NCBI GenBank assembly: GCA_965217585.1
Contig: OZ244561.1
Location: 3,552,001-3,616,000 of the forward strand
Direction: 5' to 3'
DNA from: Candidatus Latescibacterota bacterium
Lineage (GTDB): Bacteria > Latescibacterota > UBA2968 > UBA8231
DNA length: 64,000 nt
The notes beneath the pieces are model-generated. The model saw only the letters and a list, made by a program, of their open reading frames with translations. It was not told where the DNA came from and did not search any database. The position numbers and the translations under genes were made by a program. Shown here in pieces: positions 48,590 to 57,688 of the stretch (position 1 is the stretch's first letter; each line of letters begins with the position of its first letter).

Positions 48590-50194
48590 TCAGGCCGGCG
48601 ATTTCCAGTCGTTGCCCCAGAAGCCCCAGTCCAGAACCTCGCCCTCTGAATACACTAGGTAGTCCGGCAGCAATTGCATGTTTAGGTGACTGCCCCAGCA
48701 AATGGCGTCCGGCGCAGTGCCGCCGTGGACGGCGACGTAGCGCTGCGGGTTGCGGGGGTGGGGGAAAACGGCGCAGACAGCGATGCGCTCGCCGCGGTAG
48801 AGGTTGTCGGCCAAGCGGATGGCGTCGCCCTCGAAGGCCAGCGGTAGCTGACCTTCGAACTGCCCCAGCACGGTGTTGGTGGATGGGGTGCCGTAGAGCA
48901 ACAGGTTGTTGCCGTCGCGGTCGTCGTCCCTCAGATCCACATCTCTGACGACCGGCAGATCCACGGTATTCTCGCCCATGATGCCGCCGCGGTGAACGCC
49001 GCCGTTGCGACTGCTGAAGTACCCAGTAGCATGGCCGGCCACCCAGTCGTTGTAGAAACGTTCCTCCTCCGAGCCGGATGTCCCAGGCACCAGCAGCAGG
49101 CCGTCGTAGAACAGATCGCCGATGGGGCCGGAGGACTGGTGCCGTTTCTCGGCTCTGAGGGCGAAAGTGCCCGTTTCCCAGGTGCCGCTCTGGTGGCGAC
49201 GAAAGGATTGGCGGCGGCCCAGGTCGAGACGGCTCAGGGCCTGGCCGTCGAGGATTACTTCTAGGGCGGCATCCTCTTCGATAGGGCCCAGGGAAAGAGT
49301 GTGGACGCCCTTTGTCCGCACGGTCAGGCGTTCTCCTTCCCGGCGGGCATCCACCTCGCCGGACGCTCCGTAGTGTGCGAGTTGGTCTATTTCCACCCAG
49401 TACGAGCGATTGTGGCGCAAGCCCCAGGTGACCAGAGATACATGGGAGGGGGAATCCTGTTTGCGCTGGTCCAGCAGCCAGGGAATCACTTGCTTCCAGA
49501 TATCCGGCGTGCGGCAGCCGTGGCCGGTGCGGGGCACTTCGGTGTAGGTATGGGCAACGCCTTTTTCCGCCAGCAGGCCGGCCATCTGACGCGAGTGCGC
49601 CACGGGCACGCCGCCGCCCACGGCCCGGTCCCATTCTCCGTGGACGATCCACAGGGGCGTGTGCCGCAGGTTCTCCACCAGGAAGGCGGCCGAGCGCGAT
49701 TGCCAGGAGGGTTCCTCCCAGGGGTGCATGTGGAAGGTCAGACCGCCGGGCTTCTCCCACAGGCGATAGTCGCAATAGCCGCAGAAGGGCGCGGCGGCGG
49801 CGAAGAGGTCGGGGTAATGGGAAGTCAGGTACCAGACGGCGGCACCGCCCATGGACGAGCCAGTTATACTGATGCGCGCCCGGTCAATGGCATAGTGAGC
49901 GGCCACGTGCTCGATGGCCTCTAGGACATCGACCTCGCCGTAGTTCTGGTACACGGAGCCGGGGCCCCGCCCGGTGGGTCGCAGGACCACACAGGAGCGG
50001 CCCTCGGCCGCGGCAATGGCGGCCATTTCCTCGGTCAGAGCAACGGTGCCCGGCAGGTGGTGCAGGGCACCGGGACTGACCTCGATGATCAGGGGTTTGG
50101 GGTCGGGACTAGTATCGGTGGCGCAGACGGCGCAGGGGTGGAGCTGGCCGTCGACGGACGAGCGAAAGTATTGGAGTTGGCCGACGGACTTCAT
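48590..50194 (-). CDS. Alpha/beta hydrolase (prolyl oligopeptidase/esterase-like)
   Basis: GEVDVLE, GSSMGG, HGEWD, TGH. Confidence 0.75.
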   Translation of the reverse strand: MKSVGQLQYFRSSVDGQLHPCAVCATDTSPDPKPLIIEVSPGALHHLPGTVALTEEMAAIAAAEGRSCVVLRPTGRGPGSVYQNYGEVDVLEAIEHVAAHYAIDRARISITGSSMGGAAVWYLTSHYPDLFAAAAPFCGYCDYRLWEKPGGLTFHMHPWEEPSWQSRSAAFLVENLRHTPLWIVHGEWDRAVGGGVPVAHSRQMAGLLAEKGVAHTYTEVPRTGHGCRTPDIWKQVIPWLLDQRKQDSPSHVSLVTWGLRHNRSYWVEIDQLAHYGASGEVDARREGERLTVRTKGVHTLSLGPIEEDAALEVILDGQALSRLDLGRRQSFRRHQSGTWETGTFALRAEKRHQSSGPIGDLFYDGLLLVPGTSGSEEERFYNDWVAGHATGYFSSRNGGVHRGGIMGENTVDLPVVRDVDLRDDDRDGNNLLLYGTPSTNTVLGQFEGQLPLAFEGDAIRLADNLYRGERIAVCAVFPHPRNPQRYVAVHGGTAPDAICWGSHLNMQLLPDYLVYSEGEVLDWGFWGNDWKSPA

Positions 50195-50326
50195 TACTCC
50201 TCAGGGCAAATAGAGCAGGGCGCAAGATAAGGTGGGCGGGCCGGGCCGGCAAGCGCTGCAAGGCAGACGGCCTGGACCACCCCGACGCCAAAGGCGAGGA
50301 GCTTTGCTCGCCAATGTAAACATATT

Positions 50327-51952
50327 TCAAAACGCCCGGCTGAAGCGCAGGGACAGATCGAGGTCGCGCGTCTGGTTGGAGACAGGGCGGGCAATGTAGA
50401 GGCGGAAATCATCCTTGTGCAGCCCTAGGCCGCCGCTAACTTGCAGATCGAAATCGGCCTCGTCCGCTAGCCAAGCCGAACCAGCATCGGCGAAAAAGCC
50501 CACATTTACCCGACCTCCTTGCAGCCAGTGCTCGGCGTTGAACAGCGCCATTCTATCGCCGCTGAACTCCTTGAAACCATAGCCGCGCAAAGAAGAAAAA
50601 CCGCCCAAGTCAAAGAGGTACTGCCGCGGTACTGATCCGGTGGCCCGTCCTAGACGCAGACGCAGATCGAGGCGGCTTCCTTGGCTCGTGGGCTGGTAGC
50701 GTCGTACATCGAGGATATAGCGCGCAAAGTCTCGGTCCCCGCCCCAAGCTCCTCCAGCCCGTTCGCCGAAGCCATTGACAAACCAGCCGCGCCGGGGGCT
50801 GTGACGGCTATTGCGGCTGTCCCAGCGCAGTTCGGCCCGCAGGCTTTTGTAGCGCTCCTCATCGATAGCTGGATTGGGGCGGAAGCGGTCCCGGCCTAAG
50901 CGACCCAATAAGGCCCACTGGACACCGTTTTCTAGGGAAGAGAAATCGTCTTGAGTATAGCGGACGGTCAAGCTCAGGTCGGTGCCTAGGCCCTGCACCG
51001 CATATACGCTGAAACCCGTGCGGCGATAGTAATCGCGGAAATCGCGTCGAAACAGCACGGCATCCAGCGAATTTTCCTCGGCCGATAATAGCCAGTGATC
51101 TTGGGTATCGGTCAGATCGTGTAACTCAGCACCTAAACGCGCGACGTACGGTCCCCAGTTCCGTCCCACCGCCAGCCATTCAGCTCCCAACTGGTAATGC
51201 CAGTAGTCGCTGCCCAAGCCCCGACCCAACTCGCCGTATTGCACCAAGCGGGAAAAGTCGTTGAAAGGAATCCGGGGACGCCAGCCTAGATAGAGGCCGT
51301 CAACTTTGTTGTACTGGGCGACCAAGCCCTCTGGCTGCCATTCCAGCAATTCCCTGTGGCCTCGGTCCCACTGGCCCTGCCAGCCGGCGAAATGGCTGGT
51401 CTCTAAGTCGCGGGGGCCCTGCCAGCCGGCGAAACGGCTAGTCCCTAAGTCGCGGGGATATTGCAGAGCCCGGGCGAGCAAGCGCTCCAAGCGACCTTCG
51501 AGGCGCACCAGGATTAGGTCTGTGTCGCTGAGGACGACGAGGTGCATTTGATCGATTGTCTGACCGCGGATGTGGTAGAGCAGCCAGAACACTTCTCGGC
51601 CTTCGCGTACTTTGAGGGCCACTTCCCAATTTTTGCGCGTCAACAATTCTTGGATCCGGGGTGGCATCCCCAAATCCTGCCGGAAAGGAGTGCGGCGGGC
51701 CGTGTACACGCCCACTTTGACCGCGTGGATTTCGCTCAGCATACCGCGTACTCTCCAGCTAGGGGGCACAAAAAAGGTGACCAAACGAGCGAAGCCCACG
51801 CTCATAGGGCCAAAGCTCATTTCAATTTGCCGCTCGTATTGGATCTCCGGTAGTTCCCGCTCTATTTCCCGGCGTAGCTGTCCCAAGTCCGCAGCGCGGA
51901 AACAACCAGTCAGACTCAGCGCAATGATCGCACATAAGGTCAATTTGGTCAT
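50327..51952 (-). CDS. Lipoprotein: DUF4252-like domain fused to BamA/TamA-like outer-membrane beta-barrel
   Basis: Lipobox LTGC; LGGFSSLRGY; FADAGSAW; C-terminal LSLRFSRAF. Confidence 0.65.
   Translation of the reverse strand: MTKLTLCAIIALSLTGCFRAADLGQLRREIERELPEIQYERQIEMSFGPMSVGFARLVTFFVPPSWRVRGMLSEIHAVKVGVYTARRTPFRQDLGMPPRIQELLTRKNWEVALKVREGREVFWLLYHIRGQTIDQMHLVVLSDTDLILVRLEGRLERLLARALQYPRDLGTSRFAGWQGPRDLETSHFAGWQGQWDRGHRELLEWQPEGLVAQYNKVDGLYLGWRPRIPFNDFSRLVQYGELGRGLGSDYWHYQLGAEWLAVGRNWGPYVARLGAELHDLTDTQDHWLLSAEENSLDAVLFRRDFRDYYRRTGFSVYAVQGLGTDLSLTVRYTQDDFSSLENGVQWALLGRLGRDRFRPNPAIDEERYKSLRAELRWDSRNSRHSPRRGWFVNGFGERAGGAWGGDRDFARYILDVRRYQPTSQGSRLDLRLRLGRATGSVPRQYLFDLGGFSSLRGYGFKEFSGDRMALFNAEHWLQGGRVNVGFFADAGSAWLADEADFDLQVSGGLGLHKDDFRLYIARPVSNQTRDLDLSLRFSRAF
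51373..51456. repeat. 42-bp tandem repeat x2 at the domain junction
   Basis: Encodes PRDLGTSRFAGWQG and PRDLETSHFAGWQG; 3 mismatches. Confidence 0.9.
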
Positions 51953-51954
51953 AG

Positions 51955-52542
51955 CTAGTCTTTCCGCGGCGCTTTAGGGCTAGCCGCCCCAAAGTCAATG
52001 CTGTCCAAAGGCGCTATGTCGAACTTGCGGCCAATGCGCCCCACTTGGGCTAGGTCGAGGAGGCCGACGATATTGATGAAGACAAATTCGCGAGGACTGC
52101 CAACCAATACCAAAAGCCCGACGATGGCCTCATCCGCGGAGCGCACGTAGAACTGCATCCGTTCGTCGCGCTCACGCACCTGCACCACCCGCTCCCAGCC
52201 GGGCAAGGTGAGGGCTTTGAGCCGTTCGGCGATGCGCTCGTAATCGTACGATGTGTCTAGGTCTTGACCCTCCGCCTTTTGATAAGCTTGGACGCGGATG
52301 AGGTACAGGGCCTCCAGCATATCGGCTAGTTCTGCGTCTTCAAAGCGGGTAGCCGCAGCCACCAAGTCGAGGAGCGGGTCTTTCAGGTAGATCTCGATCG
52401 CGGCTTCCGGCTCGGGGTCATCGAATAAGCCCAAAGAGGAGAACTCGATGTACCCGGGTTGCTTTTCCAGCGGTGGGGAGGCCCAGGCGTTGGTGGGGCC
52501 GACAGCGGCGGCAAAGAGAAGCAGGGCTAGAAAAAAGAGCAT
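51955..52542 (-). CDS. Secreted DUF4252-like protein
   Basis: Signal peptide, PGYIEF, GWERVVQVRE, FINIVG. Confidence 0.7.
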   Translation of the reverse strand: MLFFLALLLFAAAVGPTNAWASPPLEKQPGYIEFSSLGLFDDPEPEAAIEIYLKDPLLDLVAAATRFEDAELADMLEALYLIRVQAYQKAEGQDLDTSYDYERIAERLKALTLPGWERVVQVRERDERMQFYVRSADEAIVGLLVLVGSPREFVFINIVGLLDLAQVGRIGRKFDIAPLDSIDFGAASPKAPRKD

Positions 52543-52553
52543 GGCAAAACTCC

Positions 52554-53075
52554 TCACATGGTTTGGACGGGTAGGATAGTGTCTAGGTTGAGGCGCAGCG
52601 GCTGGACTAAGCGCGACTGGATCACGTCGTCGCGCACTGTGGTGCCCATGCGGCTGTTTAGGTCGCCCAAATAGGCTAGGGTCCACTCTACTTGGCGGCG
52701 AGCCTGGGCAATTTCTTTAGGACTAAAGGCCGGCGGCACAGGCTCTGGGTCGAATAGGAGACGGCCGGCGATCAAAGCCAGAACGGCTGCGGCTGCAAGG
52801 GGTTTGTACCACCTCTTGGCGGCGGTGCGCCAGCGGTTTTGTCGCGTCCGGTGGATGCGGTCTTGAAGAGCTTGGGAGAGTGCGTCGGGGCAGGTGAGCG
52901 AGGGCAGGGCGCGCAGCGCGCCGACCAGCCGACGGGCGTCTTCCAGCTCGGCGGCGCAGGCCGCGCAAGTCGCTGCGTGGGCCTCGAGGCGGCCCTGTTC
53001 AACAGGCGTCAACTCGCCGTCGATATAGGCTTCGATCCGCTCTTGGGTCCAGGAGCAAGGGGAAGTTGAAGGCAT
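52554..53075 (-). CDS. zf-HC2 anti-sigma factor
   Basis: C..AYIDGEL..HAATCAAC, one transmembrane segment. Confidence 0.85.
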   Translation of the reverse strand: MPSTSPCSWTQERIEAYIDGELTPVEQGRLEAHAATCAACAAELEDARRLVGALRALPSLTCPDALSQALQDRIHRTRQNRWRTAAKRWYKPLAAAAVLALIAGRLLFDPEPVPPAFSPKEIAQARRQVEWTLAYLGDLNSRMGTTVRDDVIQSRLVQPLRLNLDTILPVQTM

Positions 53076-53078
53076 GGT

Positions 53079-53561
53079 CTATTCCTGTAAAAGGGCGCGG
53101 AGGCGTCTCCGTCCGCGGTGGAGATATACTTTGATTGTATTGAGGGGCAACTCCAAGCTCTGGCTGATCTCGTGGTAGGAGAGACCCTCGATTTCCCGCA
53201 GGATGACGATTTCCCGCAGAGGGTTTTCCAGCCGGGTAAGGGCCGCCTCCAACTGCCTACGCAGGTCCACATCGACTGCCTCGACTGCCGGAGTGCGCTG
53301 TAGGACCGGCTCGGGGTCTTGGGCGCTGACCACCGAGCGATAGCGATGCCGCTGGCGCAAGGCGTCCAAACAGGCATTGCGCGCCACCCGGGTCAACCAA
53401 GCCGCCACCCCTTCGTCGTTAATGCGAAGGCCGTGGTGCCACAGACGGAATAGAACCTCTTGGGTAACATCCTCGGCGTCCTCGCGGTTGCCTGTATAGT
53501 AGAAGGCGAATGTGTAGATGCGGTCCCGGTGCTCTCGGCAGAGCCGGCGAAAACGTCCCAT
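53079..53561 (-). CDS. ECF RNA polymerase sigma factor
   Basis: DAEDVTQE, WLTRVARN, LSYHEI, NTIKVYLHRGR. Confidence 0.9.
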   Translation of the reverse strand: MGRFRRLCREHRDRIYTFAFYYTGNREDAEDVTQEVLFRLWHHGLRINDEGVAAWLTRVARNACLDALRQRHRYRSVVSAQDPEPVLQRTPAVEAVDVDLRRQLEAALTRLENPLREIVILREIEGLSYHEISQSLELPLNTIKVYLHRGRRRLRALLQE

Positions 53562-53593
53562 AGCAGCCTTTCCCCTCGTCCTTCGCCTATACT

Positions 53594-53620
53594 AACGCAT
53601 GGCGACGGGGAAAAGTTACA
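53594..53620 (-). promoter_or_regulatory. Putative autoregulatory ECF promoter
   Basis: TGTAAC-17 nt-CGTT upstream of the sigma gene, matching the AAC/CGT ECF pattern. Confidence 0.65.
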
Positions 53621-54911
53621 AGAGCCGTCCCTCTTTTTGGAGGATATCCCCGGCAATCGCGTAGGTCGTCCCGTGCATGGCAATGACGACTAGGCCGAGC
53701 CCGGCCGCGAGATAGCCGCCGATGTACAAGTTGGGGATGTCAATCGACTCGTAGTTGTGGGCGTGGGTCTGTACTTGATCGATTTGGAATCGGTAGTTGT
53801 CGCGCATGGGCGTCAGGGTCAGCGGCGCAAAGCCCTGTAAGATCGAATAGTCGGCCGTGCCGCCGATTTCCTTAACCACGTGATCGACCTCGACCACTTG
53901 GTTTCCTTCGGGCATTTGCAGCTCGACCCGTCCGTCCTCTGCGATCTGCGTCACGTGGGTGTGGTACAAGGTTTGGAGCCGGGGCGAGCGGCTTTCGAGG
54001 ATTGCGGCGATGCGATGGTAATAGGGTAGCCCGTGGCGGCTGTCGTTGATGAGCTGCCAATGGACCGCTGGCCCTTGGCGCATGGCGTAGTACACTTGCT
54101 TGCCGGCGTCGTGCAATTCGGTCGCTGCCCAATCGCCCGAGCGCCCGCCGCCGACGACCAGCACCCGCTCGCCGGGGAAGTCTGCGGGCTTGTCGTAGTG
54201 GGCGGTGACAAAAGGCCAGTCCTCGCCCTCCACGCCGAGGGAGCGCAGGCGACCGCGCTGGCCGGTTGCGAGGACCAAGTACTTACAGGTGTAGCGCTGT
54301 TCAACGCCCGTTTGCACGTGCCGACTGGTGAGTTGAAAGCCCCTTGCGTGCGGCTCAATCCGCTCGACCTCCTCAAAGGTGCGAATGCGCTCTGCCACCC
54401 CAAAGCGCTCGGGCACGCGGTGATAGTACTCGATCAGATCGGTCTTGAGGATCAGGGCGTTGACGTCTAAGGCGCACCCGATTTCTGCGGCGTGCTGCGC
54501 CAGTGGATAAAAGGCAAACTCCATCCACTGACCCGGCGACAAGGTCAGCAGGTTTTGCGGCGCGCGGTTCCACAATCCGCCGACCGGCTCGCGGCTGATG
54601 AGCAGCGCGTCCAGCGGCTCGCCGCGCCGAAAGTCCATGGCGACTTGGTCCAGTTCCTCAAAGAGCTGGCGCGGGTGGTGCAAGGTGCGGAACAAATCGA
54701 CGGGCTTGATGCCGCTCTGTACGAGATGCTGCATATCCAGCCCTAACAGCGTGCGGTCGAACTGCTGCAAGTACCTGGCGAGGGGTGCGTAGCGCGTGGC
54801 AAACATGCGGCTGTTGCGGAAGAAAGGATGCCAGCCGCCCAAGACCACAGCCAACGGCAGGCCCGCCGGCCCACCGCCGACGATGATGACGGTATGGTGT
54901 TCTGGGTTCAT
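53616..54911 (-). CDS. FAD/NAD(P)-dependent oxidoreductase, OSGIN1/2-like
   Basis: GGGPAG, GGLW, TLSPGQWM, LATG, VGGGRSG. Confidence 0.75.
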   Translation of the reverse strand: MNPEHHTVIIVGGGPAGLPLAVVLGGWHPFFRNSRMFATRYAPLARYLQQFDRTLLGLDMQHLVQSGIKPVDLFRTLHHPRQLFEELDQVAMDFRRGEPLDALLISREPVGGLWNRAPQNLLTLSPGQWMEFAFYPLAQHAAEIGCALDVNALILKTDLIEYYHRVPERFGVAERIRTFEEVERIEPHARGFQLTSRHVQTGVEQRYTCKYLVLATGQRGRLRSLGVEGEDWPFVTAHYDKPADFPGERVLVVGGGRSGDWAATELHDAGKQVYYAMRQGPAVHWQLINDSRHGLPYYHRIAAILESRSPRLQTLYHTHVTQIAEDGRVELQMPEGNQVVEVDHVVKEIGGTADYSILQGFAPLTLTPMRDNYRFQIDQVQTHAHNYESIDIPNLYIGGYLAAGLGLVVIAMHGTTYAIAGDILQKEGRLL

Positions 54912-55120
54912 TCGTTCTATATCTTGTGGATTAAATTGAAGGTGAAGGCGAAAAAACCCAGCCCTGTTGAAACTAGCGCTTCCGTAGCGAGACCGCCACC
55001 ATAGGAATTGGACGGATTCTACGAGGCCATACGTTCCCGCGCCGACTTGAGCGATTCGTGCGAATTCGCTAGCATACATAATATGCGTTGGCCGAACTAC
55101 AAAGCAGAGGAGACAAGATC

Positions 55121-56020
55121 ATGACACCGGAACAAATTCAGGAACACCCGCCCAAGATCCTCACCCCGGAGCAGCGGCAATCCTATTTCGACAAGGGCTT
55201 CCTCTTGGTTGAAAACCTCATCGGGCCGGAGTGGATTGAGCGCTTGCTGCTCGTCACTGACGAAATGGTCGAGCGCAGTCGCGGCCTGACTGAATCGGAC
55301 GAGGTCTTCGATCTGGAGCCCGATCACACGGCCGACAACCCCCGCCTGCGACGCCTTACCAGCCCGGTGGACCAGCACCCGGTCTATTGGGAGTTCGCCT
55401 CTCAGTCGATTCTGGCTGACGTGGCTGCCGATTTGATCGGCCCAAACGTCAAGTATCACCACTCGAAATTGAATTTCAAGTGGTCCGAAGGCGGCGAAGA
55501 AGTCAAGTGGCATCAGGACATCACGTACTGGCCACATACCAATTACAGCCCCTTGACCATTGGCACGTACCTCTACGACGTCGATGACGACCAAGGGCCT
55601 TTGGCCGGGGTCGCCGGCAGCCACAACGGGCCTTTGTTCGATCAGTACAACGCCTCTGGACAATGGGTCGGCTGTATCGCCGATCAGGATATACCCCAAG
55701 TTGATCTCGACCGCGTCGAGTATATGCAGGGGCCGGCTGGGTCTATCACCATCCACAATTGCCGCACCGTGCATGGGTCTAAGAAGAATTTATCGCCCAA
55801 GGGACGGCCCTTGTTGCTCAACATCTATTCGGCGGCCGACGCCTTTCCTTATACGGCCAACCCCTTGAACAGCCCACAGTATTCGGGGTCTATTGTGCGG
55901 GGCAAAGCGGCGCGCTGGGCCTATCACGATCCGCGGTCTTGTCTCATTCCGCCGGATTGGTCGGGGGGATATACGTCTTTGTACGCGCTACAGCAGGAGG
56001 AGGATCGGGAGACGCGATAA
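55121..56020 (+). CDS. PhyH-family dioxygenase
   Basis: FDKGFL, WHQD, TVHGS; paralog of 24405-25286. Confidence 0.9.
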   Translation: MTPEQIQEHPPKILTPEQRQSYFDKGFLLVENLIGPEWIERLLLVTDEMVERSRGLTESDEVFDLEPDHTADNPRLRRLTSPVDQHPVYWEFASQSILADVAADLIGPNVKYHHSKLNFKWSEGGEEVKWHQDITYWPHTNYSPLTIGTYLYDVDDDQGPLAGVAGSHNGPLFDQYNASGQWVGCIADQDIPQVDLDRVEYMQGPAGSITIHNCRTVHGSKKNLSPKGRPLLLNIYSAADAFPYTANPLNSPQYSGSIVRGKAARWAYHDPRSCLIPPDWSGGYTSLYALQQEEDRETR

Positions 56021-56217
56021 TAAGCGGAGAACGCAGGCCGGCCTTTATAACCGCCCCGCCGCCTGCATTTCCTCGCTACTAGCCGCCTGCTTTCAACAGA
56101 ACAGCCGGCAGCCGCTTCAGTTCTTCGTTGCACAGATCAACCTCGAAGCCGCCGGAGTCCAATTCTTATGTTATATCTTCTCATCCTATGAGTTAAACTT
56201 CACAGGAGGCGTAGAAC

Positions 56218-56421
56218 ATGAGTTCTCTCGATGTCACGGGTCTTTCGGCAGACAAAATCGACTACTTGAAAACCCTGATTCGCAACTGGCAAAACAACGC
56301 GGCGAGTAGTATGGAAAGTAGCCAGACGGAAATCGCCCTCCGAATGCGCCGGGCGCGAGACGCAATGCCTCCCTTAGATGTCAATATAAAAAGCCTGATT
56401 GAACACGGCCGTGAGCACTAA
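56218..56421 (+). CDS. Small antitoxin-like protein
   Basis: RBS AGGAGG; C-terminal IKSLIEHGR resembles VapB-type tails. Confidence 0.5.
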   Translation: MSSLDVTGLSADKIDYLKTLIRNWQNNAASSMESSQTEIALRMRRARDAMPPLDVNIKSLIEHGREH

Positions 56422-56572
56422 ACGCATTATTGAAAAACACCATCTCGAATTCCTCAGCGATCCAGACCGCGCCCAGGCGTATCTCGAAGTTGCCTTGGAA
56501 GAATACGCCAGAGACCAGAATACATCCGCCTTGCTGCTTGCGCTCAAGGACATCGCCGCTGCGCATTCCTAA
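56411..56572 (+). pseudogene. Truncated addiction-module antidote (HI1420-like) lacking the HTH
   Basis: 53 codons: LSDPDRAQAYLEVALEEY..LLLALKDIAAA then stop. Confidence 0.55.
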
Positions 56573-56590
56573 CCCGGATAGCAGAAAAAT

Positions 56591-57688
56591 ATGGCCCCAT
56601 ACAAAGTAGCTATCGTCGGCACAGGCATGGTCGCCAACGTCGGTCATCTCCCCGCTTGGTTGGAGTTGGCTCCGGCGGTAGAAGTGGTCGGCGTGTTCAA
56701 TCACACCTTGACCAAGGCCCAACAGACCGCCGACCGCCACGGCATCCCCCACGCGTACGACGACTGTGGGCGCATGCTGGACGAGCTGCGCCCCGATATT
56801 GTCTCCGTCTGCACCCCCAATGTCTCGCATCGCGCCTACACCGAAGCTGTCCTCCAAGCCGGTGCCCACGTCTTTTGCGAAAAACCCGTAGCTGCTAGTT
56901 ATGCCGATGCAGTGGCCATGTACACGGCGGCTGAGGCTGCCGAACGCCATCTATTTGTCACCCAGACAGGCCGTTTCTCCGGCACCAATACTGCTGCCAA
57001 GCAACTGGCCGCCAGCGGGCACTTGGGCGAGATGTACTACGCCGAGACCTCGGCCTTCCGCCGCCGTGGCGTGCCCACTTGGGGCCGCTTCCACATGAAA
57101 GAAGCCTCGGGCGGCGGCCCCCTCTACGACATTGGCGTCCACGCGCTCGACGCCCTGCTGTGGATCATGGGCAACCCCAAAGTGGTGGCCGCCTCGGGCG
57201 CGACGTATACCAAACTGGCCGACCAGCGCGAAGACGTGGTCACGTCGCTGGCCGACAGCGGCGCTCCCGAGGGCGTGTTCGCACCCCGGGACTACGACCT
57301 CAGCGAATACGATGTCGAGGATATGGCCGCTGGCTTTTTGCGCTTGGAAAACGACGCCACCATCAGCATTCGGGCCAGTTGGGCGGCCAATCTGCCCGAT
57401 GGCACCGGCGGCACCCTCATCATGGGCACCAAGGGCGGCCTCACGTTTAATCCGCTCACTTTTATCGGCACCTTGGGCCGCTATCAGGCCGACACCCGGC
57501 TCAATGTGCCGCCCGATCCCTCGGTGCCCTTCTCAGGGCACTGGAAAGCCGCGGCCCACTTTGTCGAGGTAATTGAGGGTCGGGCCGAATTATTGGTCAA
57601 AAAAGAGGAAGTACTCAACGTCATGGCCGCCCTCGACGGCCTGTACCGCTCGGCTACCGAAGGCCGGGAAGTTAGGATAGGCTTATGA
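56591..57688 (+). CDS. Gfo/Idh/MocA family oxidoreductase
   Basis: VGTGMV, HVFCEKP, GGGPLYDIGVH, DVED. Confidence 0.9.
   Translation: MAPYKVAIVGTGMVANVGHLPAWLELAPAVEVVGVFNHTLTKAQQTADRHGIPHAYDDCGRMLDELRPDIVSVCTPNVSHRAYTEAVLQAGAHVFCEKPVAASYADAVAMYTAAEAAERHLFVTQTGRFSGTNTAAKQLAASGHLGEMYYAETSAFRRRGVPTWGRFHMKEASGGGPLYDIGVHALDALLWIMGNPKVVAASGATYTKLADQREDVVTSLADSGAPEGVFAPRDYDLSEYDVEDMAAGFLRLENDATISIRASWAANLPDGTGGTLIMGTKGGLTFNPLTFIGTLGRYQADTRLNVPPDPSVPFSGHWKAAAHFVEVIEGRAELLVKKEEVLNVMAALDGLYRSATEGREVRIGL

Noticed and set aside
48468-49775. 435-aa alternative-frame ORF, and similar long shadow ORFs such as 32855-34048 and 44882-45874
   Set aside because: They overlap well-supported genes, lack recognisable motifs and are expected in GC-rich DNA
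56077-56166. Minus-strand stretch ELDSGGFEVDLCNEELKRLPAVLLKAGG** that looks like a gene tail
   Set aside because: No recognisable family and no matching parent gene in the window
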